Assembly: GCA_040954595.2 (NCBI GenBank)
Contig: CM082581.2
Coordinates: forward strand, 1,232,699-1,296,698
Length of the DNA stretch: 64,000 nt
Source: Balanoglossus misakiensis
Lineage: Eukaryota; Animalia; Hemichordata
Reading direction: 5' to 3'
In this document: positions 63,519 through 64,000 of the stretch, one piece after another
Numbering within the stretch: the first letter of the stretch is position 1
Layout of the letters: every line of letters starts with the position of its first letter
Position numbers and translations under genes: made by a program
The notes under the pieces: generated by a model
The model's database searches: none
The model's input: only the letters and a program-made list of their open reading frames with translations
Told to the model about the DNA's origin: nothing

Positions 63519-63838
63519 CTCGCTGCCCTTTTCCATGTTTGATACAAAACACCGTTTATATTAATGTAAATGTGGATATATAGCGATGCAACGTTCAACC
63601 GCACACACCTTCTATCCCGCATGTAGACACGAGAGCGAAAACTCGCAAAACTGAAAAATCGGTCTCTACCATTAATTCATTTTGGGCGAGTTTTTACTCT
63701 CATATCATACAAGCAGGATGGAAGTTGTGTGTGGTTGAACGTTCATTCACTACATAAACACATGCCCATTAATATAAACGGTGTCTTGTATCAAACATAA
63801 TTAATAGAAAAGGGCGACGAGAGAGAGAGTTTGTCCCT
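63519..63838. mobile_element. TTAA fold-back MITE, duplicate of 13568-13864
   Basis: TTAA at 63515-63518 then CTCGCTGCCCTTTTCC..; right end TTTGTCCCT|TTAA. Confidence 0.75.
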
Positions 63839-64000
63839 TTAAGGCGACATGATGCATGAAGTGGCGAGAGATAAACGCGGCTGACCACCGCATTAAACAC
63901 TGTCAAGCAAGGCACTTCAAATGCCAATTGTTTAAGTGTGTACTAAGTAATAGGTTCATGTACCATGGGGGGGGGGGTCAAATCACAACAGTTGGACATG

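Larger units (their letters stand above)
60078..64000 (+). repeat. Segmental duplication, copy 2 (runs off window)
   Basis: Begins AACAAGCATCGTCCGATTCG as at 9964; scattered substitutions and several indels relative to copy 1. Confidence 0.97.

Overview
Eukaryotic (animal, probably invertebrate) genomic DNA with no RNA genes, CRISPR arrays or operons. (1) 288-13173, minus strand: eight exons of a C-type lectin + CUB + CUB extracellular protein gene resembling the N-terminus of uninflatable-type proteins. The ORF track misses most of it. It carries three apparent disabling lesions, so it is probably a pseudogene or null allele. Its introns hold many non-autonomous DNA elements (TTAA-flanked, TA-flanked and long-hairpin types). 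(2) 14605-25435: a hairpin-initiated, Helentron/HINE-like element contains a decayed, 5'-truncated LINE, which is itself interrupted by a 795-bp TTAA-flanked MITE. A 3108-bp segment is tandemly triplicated, and the middle copy is a 5'-copy3/3'-copy1 mosaic. (3) 25436-60079: a ~34.6-kb array of a 78-bp AT-rich satellite with nested higher-order repeats; all ORFs called there are artefacts of the repeat. (4) 60078-64000: a near-identical copy of 9964-14036 fused directly to the satellite end, lacking one of the lectin exons. I found no convincing novel protein system. The interesting signal is structural: nesting, unequal crossover, satellite expansion and duplication inside a decaying gene. All family assignments are from motif recognition, not database searches.
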